Source: Catajapyx aquilonaris (taxonomy: Eukaryota). From it: a stretch of 64,000 nt of DNA. The stretch is taken from NCBI GenBank assembly GCA_000934665.2, contig JYFJ02000197.1, forward strand, positions 124,001 to 188,000, written 5' to 3'. The stretch's first letter is position 1. Each line of letters opens with the position of its first letter. Made by a program: the position numbers and the translations under genes. This document shows positions 26,101 through 38,856 of the stretch, piece after piece. The notes beneath the pieces are model-generated. The model was given only the letters and a program-made list of their open reading frames with translations. It searched no databases and was not told where the DNA came from.

Positions 26101-29100
26101 CAGGAAGTGAACTAGCCCTTCCTGGTGGTGGCTGACTTTTATGCTGCTCGTTTCGGTGAAGAGAATTATCTAGGGTTGCTCCTCGACCTTAGGCCCGAAG
26201 CTGACCAGTCAATGTCGCCCACTCGTGTGCTCCAATTCCCATGTCTTCTTCTAGCCCGAAGGAAGGAAGGGTGAACCTGTTTACTTTCGCCAGAGCAGAG
26301 GAGAGGAGATGTGAAAGGGGAGGGAATAAAGTTGCAGGCACGAAATGTTACACTTTGCAATAGATCACATAGTGATGTCATTACCTTGGGTCATATCGAA
26401 GTTGTGTGTGCACTGGCCTTTTCCTTGGCTGGGAGGGAAGGAGGTCTCAGTGGGGGAACCATGGACAGAGTAACAGTATCGCTGGCTTAGGCAATCATAA
26501 ATTGAAGAAGGGTGTTGGATTATCGGAATGGGACAGGCGGATTTGGAGATTACGGTGTTGGAGTGAAGGCCAAGAATTTTTCGTTTGGCAATATATTCGT
26601 CTGATGACCTGAAGTAATAGTTTCATTTTCGTGCATAAGTAGGTCCTCGAAACATACCGTTCTAATGGCCAGGTCAGTTTTCTGATAAAACAATATTACT
26701 GCCCTTAGAAATATTTTGATGGAAAGAACAAACTGTACCAATCACCTAAGATAATTCTTCTTCCTCGTAATATGCTCGTAATATTTAACATATATTGACT
26801 TTTTACACCCTCTATTTATAGAACACACAGGGCCCTGTGAACAGTACCCATACCATCCATATTTTTCCGGCAATCTTGAGCAGAGAAGTCGTGCAATAAT
26901 AGCGATAGGGTGTGATGTAACTCCTTGGATCATGGCAGTAAACTTGGTAAAGAGCATTCCGCCAGCCAGACCCGCTCTGAGATTTCATGACGTCCTTGGA
27001 ACTAGTGAACTACATCAGCAAGGCGGCATTTGATCTTTCAGACTTGTATAGCAGTCCCGATGTCTTGATGTATCCTCATCACTCATTCCTCGTGATCTTG
27101 CAACCTTCCCTCGCAGAAAGGGGAAATTGTGGAACTCACAAGGTCGAACTTCTGCTTTTGTTGGGGGCTGGCCACAAAAAAAAAGAATAATATGTAATGA
27201 ATTCACGATTCTTCGGCAAATTGTTTCGTTACCATTATGACGGGCAAAAAGGAACTGGCCGACGCTCAAGACTGCTGTCAATTATCAGTAGTGACTGGGG
27301 GATTTATCTACAATGAGATTTAATTAACAAGTGTAACTTCTGTGGATCTTGCTACCATATTGTTAACGTCTTGAGATGTGGCTTCGGGGCAGGAACGAAG
27401 GCAGTTTGAGAATAGTCCCGACTCATACTCAGAAGTATGGCCTTCGTATATAACTCGTACAAGATGATCATGTGAGATTAAGGTGGTGATATATGCACCT
27501 GCGCGCCTTCGGAAGCAATGTACTTAATGCTTTTTTTTGCTTTTTGCGCACTCAAAAGTGAAGGGAACTTGTGGCCGTTCTTGTGATATACTTTGAGCAA
27601 CTTGTTATATAAAAAAAAAACAATGCAAAGGACGTCATGCAGTTGAAATAATCCAATTTATTGCCAATTAGAGGTGATTATTTTTGCAATCTTACTGAAA
27701 AAGATGATTCAGATGTTGCGAGATTGACCGTGATTCTTTTATTGCAATTTGAGCAATATTTGCAACTCATCCATTGATCAAGGGCACATTAATTTATTAC
27801 GTCGGGCATACAGCTACCACACGTCCATTATCTTAGAATGCCTACAACACCTAATTAGATCATAATTTAAATAAAAATGAACAATATTACCTACATTTTA
27901 AATGAAAAAGGAAAGGTTGCGCAGTGGGACACATACCTGACAGGATATTATTTTATACCTTATACAAGTATTTGCTGAGAAGACCAGTTGACACCCTGAC
28001 ATAAAGTGACCCTATATTTTCCATAAAATCGCTCCATATTTGCCTTTATCATTATAAAGCACCCTGACTCATGCGAGTTACGATATAAGTGCATATTAAC
28101 TCACGTGTTCATGCCTTGCAAAAGTACGATTGTGGTTAATGTTCCTGTATGATTACTGGTAGCTCAAGTACCGGTAGAAAAATTATACAGGACACAACTG
28201 GATCACACTGTGATCTGTTTCGTTCCGTTGCAGGGCTCCAGATTAAATGAATGGCGAGTGTCTGACTGATCGGTTCGGAGGAATTCAGGATGAATGACAT
28301 GTCAGTTGCTGCAGTTCAGAACAGGTTTGGAAGGGACTAATATTGGGCGTGGGAACAAGCACCCAGAGGCCTTCTTAACATGCCATTTATCAGCTTTTTG
28401 ACGTGGGAGATCTGGTTTTTGATTAATCGCTTCCGAAAGACTCAGAAGGACGTCGCGAACTCACCTAGTTCATGACTGAACACTCAAGTGCCGTAAATAA
28501 ATTGGAACATTCCTTGCACAGGTTCCTTATAACTCCATATTGCCCTAAATCTGTTATTATTAATGTAAATTAATTTTGTTTGTTGCGTACTGTACCCACA
28601 CGTGACCTGTAATCCCTGAGAATGGAGAAATGTTACATTGTACTGCATAATTAACTATGCATTTCATTACTTCAAGGTGCATAGGCAAGTAAACAAGCAA
28701 ATAAATTCACTGGGTACAGCTTAAAATATTTATCCAGTCGTTCATTAAACATCAAAATTATGACAGTAAGATTAATATCATAGTAGGAAAACACTCTGGG
28801 AGATTAGTGTTAATTGTAAAATGATGTCGCCCTGCAGCAGAAGCAATTTCATATATCAAATTCACAGGTAATGAGAACGTCGAGTACCGGTGGGTGGTAT
28901 TAGTCGCGGTTATGCTGCGGGAGGAACAGGTGATCTGGCAACGCTGATTTTCCGATCATTATTATCATGAGAGAAACACATATTACTCACTTTGTAATAT
29001 TCTCACTGAATATTGTGTTACACGGTCAGATTAGCGCAATTAAAAATATATATTGCAGTGTGCATTCAAGTTTCTGTGCAATTGGTTGCAACACGTTCAT

Positions 29101-31589
29101 ATTACCTGAGGAAATACTTCATTACAATTCTGAAGAATTATTTCAAATAATTACAATTACAATACTTACTTGGCTGTTTACCTATTCATACACCAGACTA
29201 GAAAATGACATTGTCGATATTCTCATTTATCTTCATAGCCTAACATCCGCATATGCATCCAATGTTATGTTTCGAATGCAGTTGCCGTAATTGAATGGAT
29301 GAATTGCCGGGCACCTGCTGCAATCCACAAGGTTGTTGGACCTCGCACACAAGTTGTTGCCAGTTTTCAGGAAGTAACAGTGTATACTAGCTCATACGAG
29401 TCATGTTCTGCTCAAGAACTTCAAAAATCAGCCAAATATGTAATAATATTTTTAAAGGTGTTCCCTTTGGAAGAATTTGCTTTTCATGCTATAAATAGCC
29501 TGTATCACAATCGACTTAGGCACTGTTTTTCCCCAGATACAAATCGAGTAATCTAAGGCCATTCAGAGCAAGATGAACCGACAAACGGTGCAGAATCCAG
29601 GCCAGCCCTCGGTGATCCGGAAGAGATTTAGAAAGTAGATGAGCCGGGTTTGCTGGACACACATCCCCCGCAAAGTGAGACACAGCATGCTGGCAACATA
29701 CTACGAACTGGCTCGCTCGGGGTCACAGAAGGTGGTCACTGGCCACTGGACCCCTCCTAACTGGACGTGAAGCTGACCCTTTGGTCTCAGGATGACACAC
29801 CTCAATGCCTGTTACGGGGGGTCCGGTATAAATTCATGACGGCTGTAGGGGTCAGGAGAGGTCACCCCATACCGGCTCCCTTTGTTTGCCCCAACACGAG
29901 CGACCCTCCCTTTGTTCACCGGTAAATAGCCAAGTTTTGCCAGCCTAACAAATACCTGCGGACGGTGTAAAAGTTCGTCTTGTTACATCACTTCTTTGAT
30001 GTACGACGTGTCTACAGGCAAATCCCGTTGGAGTAAAAAAATCATTGTTCCTCGTAAATGATAAAACGAGAGTCTCTCACGACTTAGGTGTTCTATAGGT
30101 ATGCAAAAAAATGTAGGAGAATGACGGAATTCGGAAACGAGCTACATCCTGGTGGAATTAGATCGCATGTCCTTATGTAATGTTGTTCTTGGAAGAGATG
30201 ATGATGTGCGCATTTCAACGTGTGGAGGTAACTTCCTGCTGGAGGTTTCCAATTATCATGTTCTAGAGCAAGTTTTGAGTCGAGCCTTGAGATTAATAAA
30301 TAATTATTGCGTGTAAACCGCAGGGCGTCTATGAGATTGTGACATAGAGCGAAGGACGCTGCCAGTCATTGGCATATCTGCGGAAAATATATGGTCGCTA
30401 TTTGACTTTTCTTCCATTTTCTTGACAGAAGGAATGAATTTTCAAGGTTTCAGGTGTCCACCTGTCTCTCACGAACCTGAATTCACCTTTCCCCCGTGTT
30501 ATCCTGTATTTGGTTTTTTCTTCTTCTTCTAAATCGAGGGTAGAAAAAACGAGGATCAGCCACCCAAGTTTTGGAAAATGAGGCGTATGTAAATCCTTGA
30601 CCTGCAAGTGATTAGGAATGATTATTTTCAGTCACTGATGTCACAGGTTTCAATTCAGTAATGTTGGATTTTTCGTGAGACCAATGGTGCCTCCAAAGTT
30701 GCACTTGGCCGAATGACGTCAGGAAAAGGTTAAGGTGTTGAAGGTTGGTCAGCCCACGCAGGGTTTTTCAATGGACATGGGCATACGTCACATGCACGTG
30801 AGAGGACTGACCTCACTGGTTGCACCTGCGATCGTTTTGCGACATAAATGAGAAGATGGACCGGTCTCTAAGTTTCAATTATTGAATACATTATATTTTC
30901 TACTTACGTACAGTCGCATACACTAATAATTATTACCGGTACTTCAATCAATTGCATTTATTACACACTGAAACTATATGGCATGAGTGATATTGTTGAA
31001 ACTTTCTAGATCGCACCTCTTCCACATACGTCGTGCTTTTTTTCTTCATTTTCTGGCACATTTGCGTCACGGTTTAATTTGCATGTTTTGAATCACGTTA
31101 TGTTTTGAAGGCATATAATTTTAACACTGGAGATATTACATAAGATGCTATTTCTGAAGCAATTCTTATGCACTTATTTCATGTGATTTTTTTCAACTCT
31201 TCATGTTCTAGGATACTCTTGAATTTTGACCTTTTACGTCTGTTATACCTTCCTTTTTTAAAGTCTAGAGCACTCTTGCACAGAGTACCTGTACTGCATG
31301 TGGCTTCGTTTTTTATTAATAAGCTTGCTCAACCGGCTAGTTTCGTGGGAGAAAAATATATGTATTTATGATGAGGTAGCCTATTTCGCGTTATTTCGCG
31401 TGCTATTCAGTCACGTCTGAATAACAGGCAGCACAATCTTGCTATTTGAGCTTTGATATCAATTTACAAGCTTTTTAAAATAAAAGTGATTCAACTGATA
31501 CCGTACATGTCCTAAACATGAATTAATGGTGCCTATACTTTTGGGCCTTGCATTGTCACAATTAACAATGCAGTAACATTGAAACCTGG

Positions 31590-31815
31590 TTACCGAAGCA
31601 GGTTGGCATAGTGGATAAGGCGTCCGACTGCTAATCGGGAGGTCCTGGGTTCGAATCCCGGGGCCGGCAACTCTGACCGTGGTTTTCTGTGGTTTCCCAC
31701 GGTCCTTCCAGGAAAATTCCGGAGTTGTTTCCGTAATTAATAGGCCACAGCCGCTTCCTTCCGTCCCTATCCTATCCCAAAAGTGCAGTAAAATGAAAGC
31801 AAGGAGTTCCAGGCA
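31590..31815 (+). mobile_element. tRNA-derived SINE flanked by a 15-bp TSD
   Basis: A box TGGCATAGTGG (31604-31614), B box GGTTCGAATCC (31648-31658) and a cloverleaf-like head at ~31598-31669. The non-tRNA body GGTTTTCTGTGGTTTCCC...TAGGCCACAGCCGCTTCCTTCC resembles, from memory, SINE bodies of orthopteroid insects. Perfect direct repeat AACATTGAAACCTGG at 31575-31589 and 31816-31830. Confidence 0.9.
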
Positions 31816-34800
31816 AACATTGAAACCTGGAAATTTTCTAGCAGAAAAATCTTAGTCCATCAGAAAGTTTTATGCGTCAAAATATATATAATTTCCTAAC
31901 TAAATTATGACCTACATTTTCTAGGCCTTCGTGTGTATTTTCTACTAAGAATAGCCTCTTGCTGTGCTCCTATACGTATTACAGGCACATACTTAAATGG
32001 CAGCATATCATTCACATACAGCCAGTTTCTCCATCCCTCTTTGCGTTCTTTCTGCTCAAAATCAGACAGTGCGTATCTCTACTCCTCCTCCAACCCCCAA
32101 AAAATCCAAAAAGGCCGTCCCTTGTGCAACACGTCCGAAGCCAACAATTTCATCACACCTGTGCTGACTATACACACATAAAAAAGAGAGGCATCGATGT
32201 CAGTGTCGACAATTAGAAAAGGCTTCAGCGTAGTTCGTGGTCACGGAGATGAAGACGATATACCGAGGCATCCAACGTCAAAAATTTAGCATGTAAATCT
32301 CGTTTGTGTTGAACAGGTGGGCCGGCCCACCTTCTGTTCTGCCTTCGTCCGTCTCCGTCCTTTTCTTGTTCGATTCTTAAACTAGATGATGTGCGCCACG
32401 TTTTCATAGTTTTTTTGGCCTCGATAAAATATGCGTGAAAGTCCTACCCGACAGCAGCAGGATTTTCTGAATGCGGTTCACGGGATCGGGTCAATCTGGG
32501 TCACTTTGACAGTTTTCCCAGTTCGGGGAAGCAGACAGAGAGAGGAGGTAGTTGGGGGGTGAAAAGTGGCTGCTAGCATGATTTAGTGTCGCCCAAAACA
32601 GAGAACAGGCGGTCCTGTCTATGACAGTATGCTGCTAAGGAAACCTTACCTCGACGCCTCTGATGCAACCTATTTTTTTAAGAGAACAAGTGAAGAAAGT
32701 GTGCGTGTAAATTGTCGCTTTTTTCTGCAAGTCAATCTCGTGGTTTTGAAAGGCAGTTTTACTAGGTCGTATCAAGTACTGTACATACGTGAAAAAATAA
32801 GAGTAATCAAAATATTTTCAAAAGTGGCAGGCTATGTAATATATTGTATTCAAGTATTCATTTCCGAACATTTTCGCTCCTTTTTAAAGTGCTATTTTGT
32901 CAATCCGCATGATTTTCATTGAAAGTGCTCCATATTGCGTCAAAAATCATATCTACAGAAGGGACAATCAACAGAAAAATGCAGTATGGCTGGTTTTGCA
33001 TTCTTGAATGTTGAGAAGGGTCATAGCGGATGGACACGTACTTTACTTGTTGGAATCCAGCGGCAGAGTCTGGAAGTGGGTTGGGGGAGGAGGAAAAGTG
33101 GAGGAAACTTATTCCCCCGTCTTGCCCTTGACAAAAATTATTTACTTCTCTGAATCTTGCAACTTTCCAGGGAAAGTACCTCAATTTTGAAGCCTATTCA
33201 TTTTATGTGTATTATGAACTTATATTAAAATCCTGTTGAAGTTGTAATTTGTCAGAAATATTAAACGGCATATTTATTCAGTTATGCATTTTATTAAATT
33301 ATTTAACTAAATAATCTCAATATAAACCGCAGGAAAATGATGCTACTCTAATTTACCCGGTTTTTTATTAGATACGGTCGTGAAAGTAAGAAAAGGTAGA
33401 ATTACTTCAGATACATGTCATGCATGCAGTATATGAAAGTAATGATGAACAGTCCTTGAATGTGCCACGTGGAGATAGTTTCCGTTATTTTAGCTCCAGA
33501 TCAAGGTCCCAATCGCAAAATGGGGCGTATTACACCTGCATTTTTTTGCATTACTTTTCATAAATAAATTACGGATTTAACAAATTGACGACCACGACGT
33601 CCCAACACGTGCAGCTCCTACATACACAAGAACCTAAATCCGATTATTTCGCAATAAATTCGTTAAAACTACACCATATTATCTGTGAAGTAAATCACTG
33701 GTCCAACCCACATTTGACGCACCTCCCATTCATTTCCAAAAATCCCCAATTTTTTGTGCTCCCCCCCGCACACAAACCCCATTGTCGTCCTCGCATGAAA
33801 GTTTAGGCAAGGGGCGTGAATCGGGCACCTCAGCTGCAGGGTCCTCTCCGAAAAAGTGAATAACGGGCAGCCGGTCCCATCCCCAGCATCACTTCCGAAC
33901 CAGTATCCCATGAGCTGCAAGCAGCAATCCCATGCAACACAGCCATGCAAGCGAAAACATTGGTCCGACGTGCGGTCTGTTTCCAGGACAGGTGCCCCTC
34001 ACTACCGGTCTCTTCTTTGTGGCCCACCCCTCCCGCCATGAGAACACCCGGAGTAAAGGAGAGGAAAAGGTATGGAAAAAAGTGCTCTCTTTTCAGGTAC
34101 ATGAATGGAAGGCAACCCCAGATACGCATGACCGGAGTACTTTTCACGGGGCAAAGGGTTTGTGTTGACTTGTGCCTCGTTCGACGTGACCTCTGAAAAG
34201 GAAACATGCCCTACCTCCCCTTCAGCTTCTGGAGGAGTGTGTGTGGATGTATGTAGTTTGCAGCCTCGGCCTGATGGAATTAAGTGCCCTGCTATGGACT
34301 CTGATTTTTTCTGCTTTTGATCCGGATGAAAAGAGCTGGGCTTGTTATCCTTTGCTACCAATGGAGGTGTCAGTGACAGAATGCCCACTCCAGCTTCCTT
34401 TCGCTGTTCACAACGTGTGATGAAAGGGAATTAAAGCTCAACAGATGTGTCGCACCCTCCTTCTCAAAGCGTGTTGATATTTTGTCGCACCGGGTGGCAC
34501 GGGTGTCTGAAAATTTTATATGGATGAAACAAGTGGATATCAAATTCAGCATAAGGAGATGAAGATAAGGAGATTGATATATTGCGTCAAAATGGGATGT
34601 ACAGTACAGTACAGTACGACCTTCGTTGAGCCGTAAATTAACATTTCAAATCTGATTTCTGTTGGACGAGTATAAATTAAGCAGAATCTAATAGCAACAC
34701 CACAAGGTCCCATATAAGGCCATTTGCACCCAACATGATCTTAAGATTGATTGCGTCTGCAGGTGATTCATGGCCAACATGTGATATAACCATCTCTGCC

Positions 34801-37800
34801 TGGAACTAGTTCATCCATTACGCCCGTCCGCCCTGTTATTATTGCGGCTATTAATTTTTTGTGCGGAATGAGCAATTAGGAAGCGGAGATATAAAGTCCA
34901 TGTCACTTTAGTTCCCACCTTACGCTCACGGTGATCTCGGCGTCATTTTTCAAGGGCATGCGATAGTACCACCAAACGCTCCGGTTACCTAACCTATGCA
35001 AATACGAACCCAAGGATTGTATGCACCGCAAACAAATTTTTGGCGCATCCTTTCGGCACGCAATGCAAAAATATGGTCATTTCCATATGATGAAAAGGGA
35101 CCGTTTAACCTCGATGAAATCGTGACAAAATGCGCGCCTCTCTGCCAGGTAATCACCTGGGCGCATGATGAACAGGCTCCTGATATCATTACACGCCTGT
35201 TCATCGGAGTCTGCCTCCGTATCAATAGCCATAACGGAAAAAAAACTCAGGTGTGAGAATAGGGAGCGTATAAATGCTTCATTAGGAAAAGCATATTGCT
35301 GAGTAACACTTGTCAATATTCATTAATATGATTCATCATGGTGGTGCAGATTGTAATCGGTACTGATTGAAGGCGCCGCCTCTTGTGTGGTTGCGGTAAT
35401 TAGAGGAGAACTGGCGATAGTAACTCCCTTTTCCGTGTCGTGATGAAGCCGATTTTTATAGCCCTTGGGCGACTATGACGTGATCAAAAGAGCGACGTTT
35501 GGATTCACTGGCCTGATTAACCCATCAGTGCCATTGGCCCAAGTCTTAATTAAGGGCTTGATAATTATATGGTTGGACTCAAACCTGGAAATGATGCTGG
35601 CAGTGACCCGGGTGCATTGTTGCACCCAACCGACATCTTTATTGCCATCTCCCAATCGGGAAGCGGCTGCCATCACATTTCCCCCTACCAAGAAAATGTG
35701 CGCTCGCTTTGAACAGGTTTTCCTGCTCATCATCCCATTGAAACCCTAATCTGCAGTCACATCTGACCCCCAGTTGTGACTGACAAGAAGTGAAATCCAG
35801 CGTGGCTTCCAACGGTATCCTCACCGGTCTCTGGTCATGAATCCATCCATCCCTCTGGGGGATATTAGGAGAGGCGGGGACATGCCTGCTTGTGCCTCCA
35901 AAAGCACTGCCACATCATTCTTGTGCAATTAAGAACTGCCCTGTTACGTTGGGGAAACACCTCCGCCTACCTAATTTCCCAACGCAACCTTTAATTTCCA
36001 ATTCGTAGCCAAAAGGCTGGCACTTCGATCACAAAAAATATGATGGGCTCGCCCTCAGATATTCGCCCAATTCGTGCACACTTAGCACTTTACCAGAACT
36101 GTAAAATAGCTATGCATTTTAAATAATTTCAACAAATTTTTACAATATTGACATAAAAATGAAGCTGTCATGCAGACCTTTAAATATTTCAGCCTTTAGT
36201 AATATAAAGTCGAATTCACTAAAATATTTTAAGGCTATTGTTGGAACACCCTGCATTTGTCCCGGAGATCTTTTCTGTTTGTGGCGGCTAAAAATGATGG
36301 TGGCGTTGTTTAAACTAGTTCAAAGCCCAAAGCCTCTTTTGCATGACCGGTCGTGCTCGGTGTTCACGATCTGCTTCATGACTGGCGATTATCCTGTGTT
36401 TTAGGAGGGATTTACGTTCCTGGCAAGCTGGCCCCAGGTATCCAGTTTTGCATTTTTGGAGCCGGCTTTCGCCCGCGAAAATTTACACCCGGTGTCACAC
36501 GTGACTCATCTTTTACCTACTTATGAGTATGGTCGAGTAGATTGGTTTATTACGGCATTATATTATGGGGCGGCGTTCCTTTTTAAATTGGGATTGCCCC
36601 CATTTCAACGGGACAAAAAAGGTGGAGCATGCCGCATATCTCAGGTGCCATGAACTGGGCTATAGTTTAGTCATCTGTCACGGGTAACAAACTTCACTAA
36701 AATACGGTAATTCATTGTATAACTTTTAAATTGTGTTGTCCATTATTGTCGTTTGAGAAGTGCAAGAGCGGGTTTTTCACATTATATTACTGGCTGGTTC
36801 AGTGTATAGTGACCGAGAAATTTTGGTGTGTTAGTGTCATTTATGGTGCATTTTGTGTGTTTATTGGAAATCGCAAGTGTTTCATATTTTATCATTTCAA
36901 AGTGTTTCACAAAATGTAATGAATAATTGGCATTACCCCCACATTACTTTTTTGAAGTCAATTCTGCAGAATAACATTAGAATCGCCAAACACTATTACC
37001 ATTCCATGCTAATTCGTGTCTAATTGGTTATCAATACGTAGACAATTTAAATAAGCAAAACAATGCAAATCATGGACATTTGAAATAATTATCCGCAGTT
37101 GCAATTCAAAATAGTCTCTTCCTCTAAAGAAATGCAAAATAGGTTTGTGCCTGCGCATTGCATAGTGCATGGATGGATGTGAAAATAAAAATACAGAATG
37201 CGGACCGTGCAGCAAACGAAGCGTATCGCCCAAAAGCCTTCACCTCCGGGGCTCCAACCGCAAAGCCTGACTAATTCGCAGGCGGCACCTCGGATATGTG
37301 TGATAATAATTGGCCGAAATTGAGCGTGAAACTCATTGCGCTGACCCTAGCCCCCGAACCCGATAAGTCACACCTTCTCACAAAGGAATGCTAGGTGCTT
37401 GACCCTTTTTTTCATTCCTTTTTCTCCGGGCAGATTTTCTCATGATCTGAGTGATATGCTGCATTGTTGTTTCCTATGTTAGAGACGCCTGTAGATCAAA
37501 GTAGCCTATTAGCAGGAGGCACGCGACAGGTTTTCCCTGTCAGGTAAAAGGCGCCTCAGGTATTATACGTAAACATCCAGTAAACAACCGCTGCCGAATA
37601 ATAATAAAAAATTGAGGGTCGGATTTACCGCTCGTTTTCAAGAAAGTGGGAGTAGGTTTACATAGATCATAAAATTGTGGGGTTAACAATGCAACCTTAA
37701 CGCTTATGGTAGTTTATATCTACCGGTACCGGTTGTACGCAGGTGCAATATCTCAGCCATATCCTGCCATGATATTGAATTTTTTATAAACGAAATAGGT

Positions 37801-38793
37801 CCAGTTAATTTTTACACCTGACACGATTGTCAGAATGTGAGACGCGTTGCTGAATTAATGTGACAAAAGGATGTGCAGCTGCTATGGGGCTAAAATATGC
37901 CAAAATCCTGCGTTATTAAAAATTAAAGTGGTGTAATCACCCACCATACCTGGTAGAGAAAGTGAGTCTGATTTTTCGTGGAAAAAAATGGCGGCATGCA
38001 ATCCACTAAACCTATGATTAGTTAACCCAATAAAGCATGCATCTCGGAACCACCTTTTTTTTAAAAAGGCCTGTAATTACCTCATCCATGCTTCCATGAT
38101 CAACATTTCGGAGCAAAATTCTTTTCCCATCATCCCTGAATCAAAGCCTATCGGAACTTCTATCACGCACCATATATAGGCCTGGATGTTCCATTCCTTT
38201 GTCCTCGCAAAACAAACATGGCGATGGTGCTACCCTGGCATAGCTCCAGATGTCGCCTTTCCATTCTCACTCCAGCTTCGTATTTGCTTACTACTTAGCC
38301 CAAGTGGCGTAATGACACAGCACAGGCGTGGTCAAATAATTCCATTAGGGCAGAAAGGTGGGCAAATACTTGAGAGGAAAAAAACATAGTGTTTATCCAG
38401 AACTGGTGCACTAATAGTTGGGTTAGAGTTAGATCCGTCTTTGGCCAGTCGACAGGTGCATATTGCTCCTTTTTTTGTGCGGAGTCAAAAGATGGGATGA
38501 GTGACGGGCAGGGGTTGTGAGGTCAAGAGGCAGGTAGGAAGGCCATCCACGCTTGCAGAAGAGGCCTTCGGGACGCCTCAACTGCCCGCGAGGCATCCTT
38601 GGAACACGGCACATATGACCTCTTTTCCTTACATTCGGAGGGAAGAATGAGAGAATGAAATTCAGATCTTACAGGATGTGGGGGTCAGCGAGTAATTTTC
38701 AGTCATCTGGGCAAATATGATAGTTATTGGAGGAAAAAGTGAAAAATTATGGACATAATCATTCTCATTTGTATAGGGAAAGGGACGTGATGG

Positions 38794-38856
38794 TGAGGTG
38801 GAAGGTTTGGGGGGGGGGGGGGTGGNTGAGGTGGAAGGTTTGGGGGGGGGGGGTGG
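38794..38856. repeat. Tandem duplication TGAGGTGGAAGGTTT-G(n)-TGG on either side of a single N (38826); probable assembly artefact
   Basis: Two copies differ only in poly-G length and are joined at an ambiguous base. Confidence 0.8.

Noticed and set aside
31598..31669. tRNA-Ser(GCT) gene
   Set aside because: The acceptor stem is mismatched, the long variable arm is missing, and the sequence continues into a SINE body bounded by a TSD. It is a SINE head.
34996..35256. 86-aa ORF that reads somewhat protein-like (FPYDEKGPFNLDEIVTKC...)
   Set aside because: No recognisable motif, no good acceptor and no partner exons; ORFs of this length are expected by chance.
36243..36255. GGAACACCCTGCA resembling a Tc1/mariner terminal repeat
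   Set aside because: I could not find a partner inverted repeat or transposase remnant nearby.
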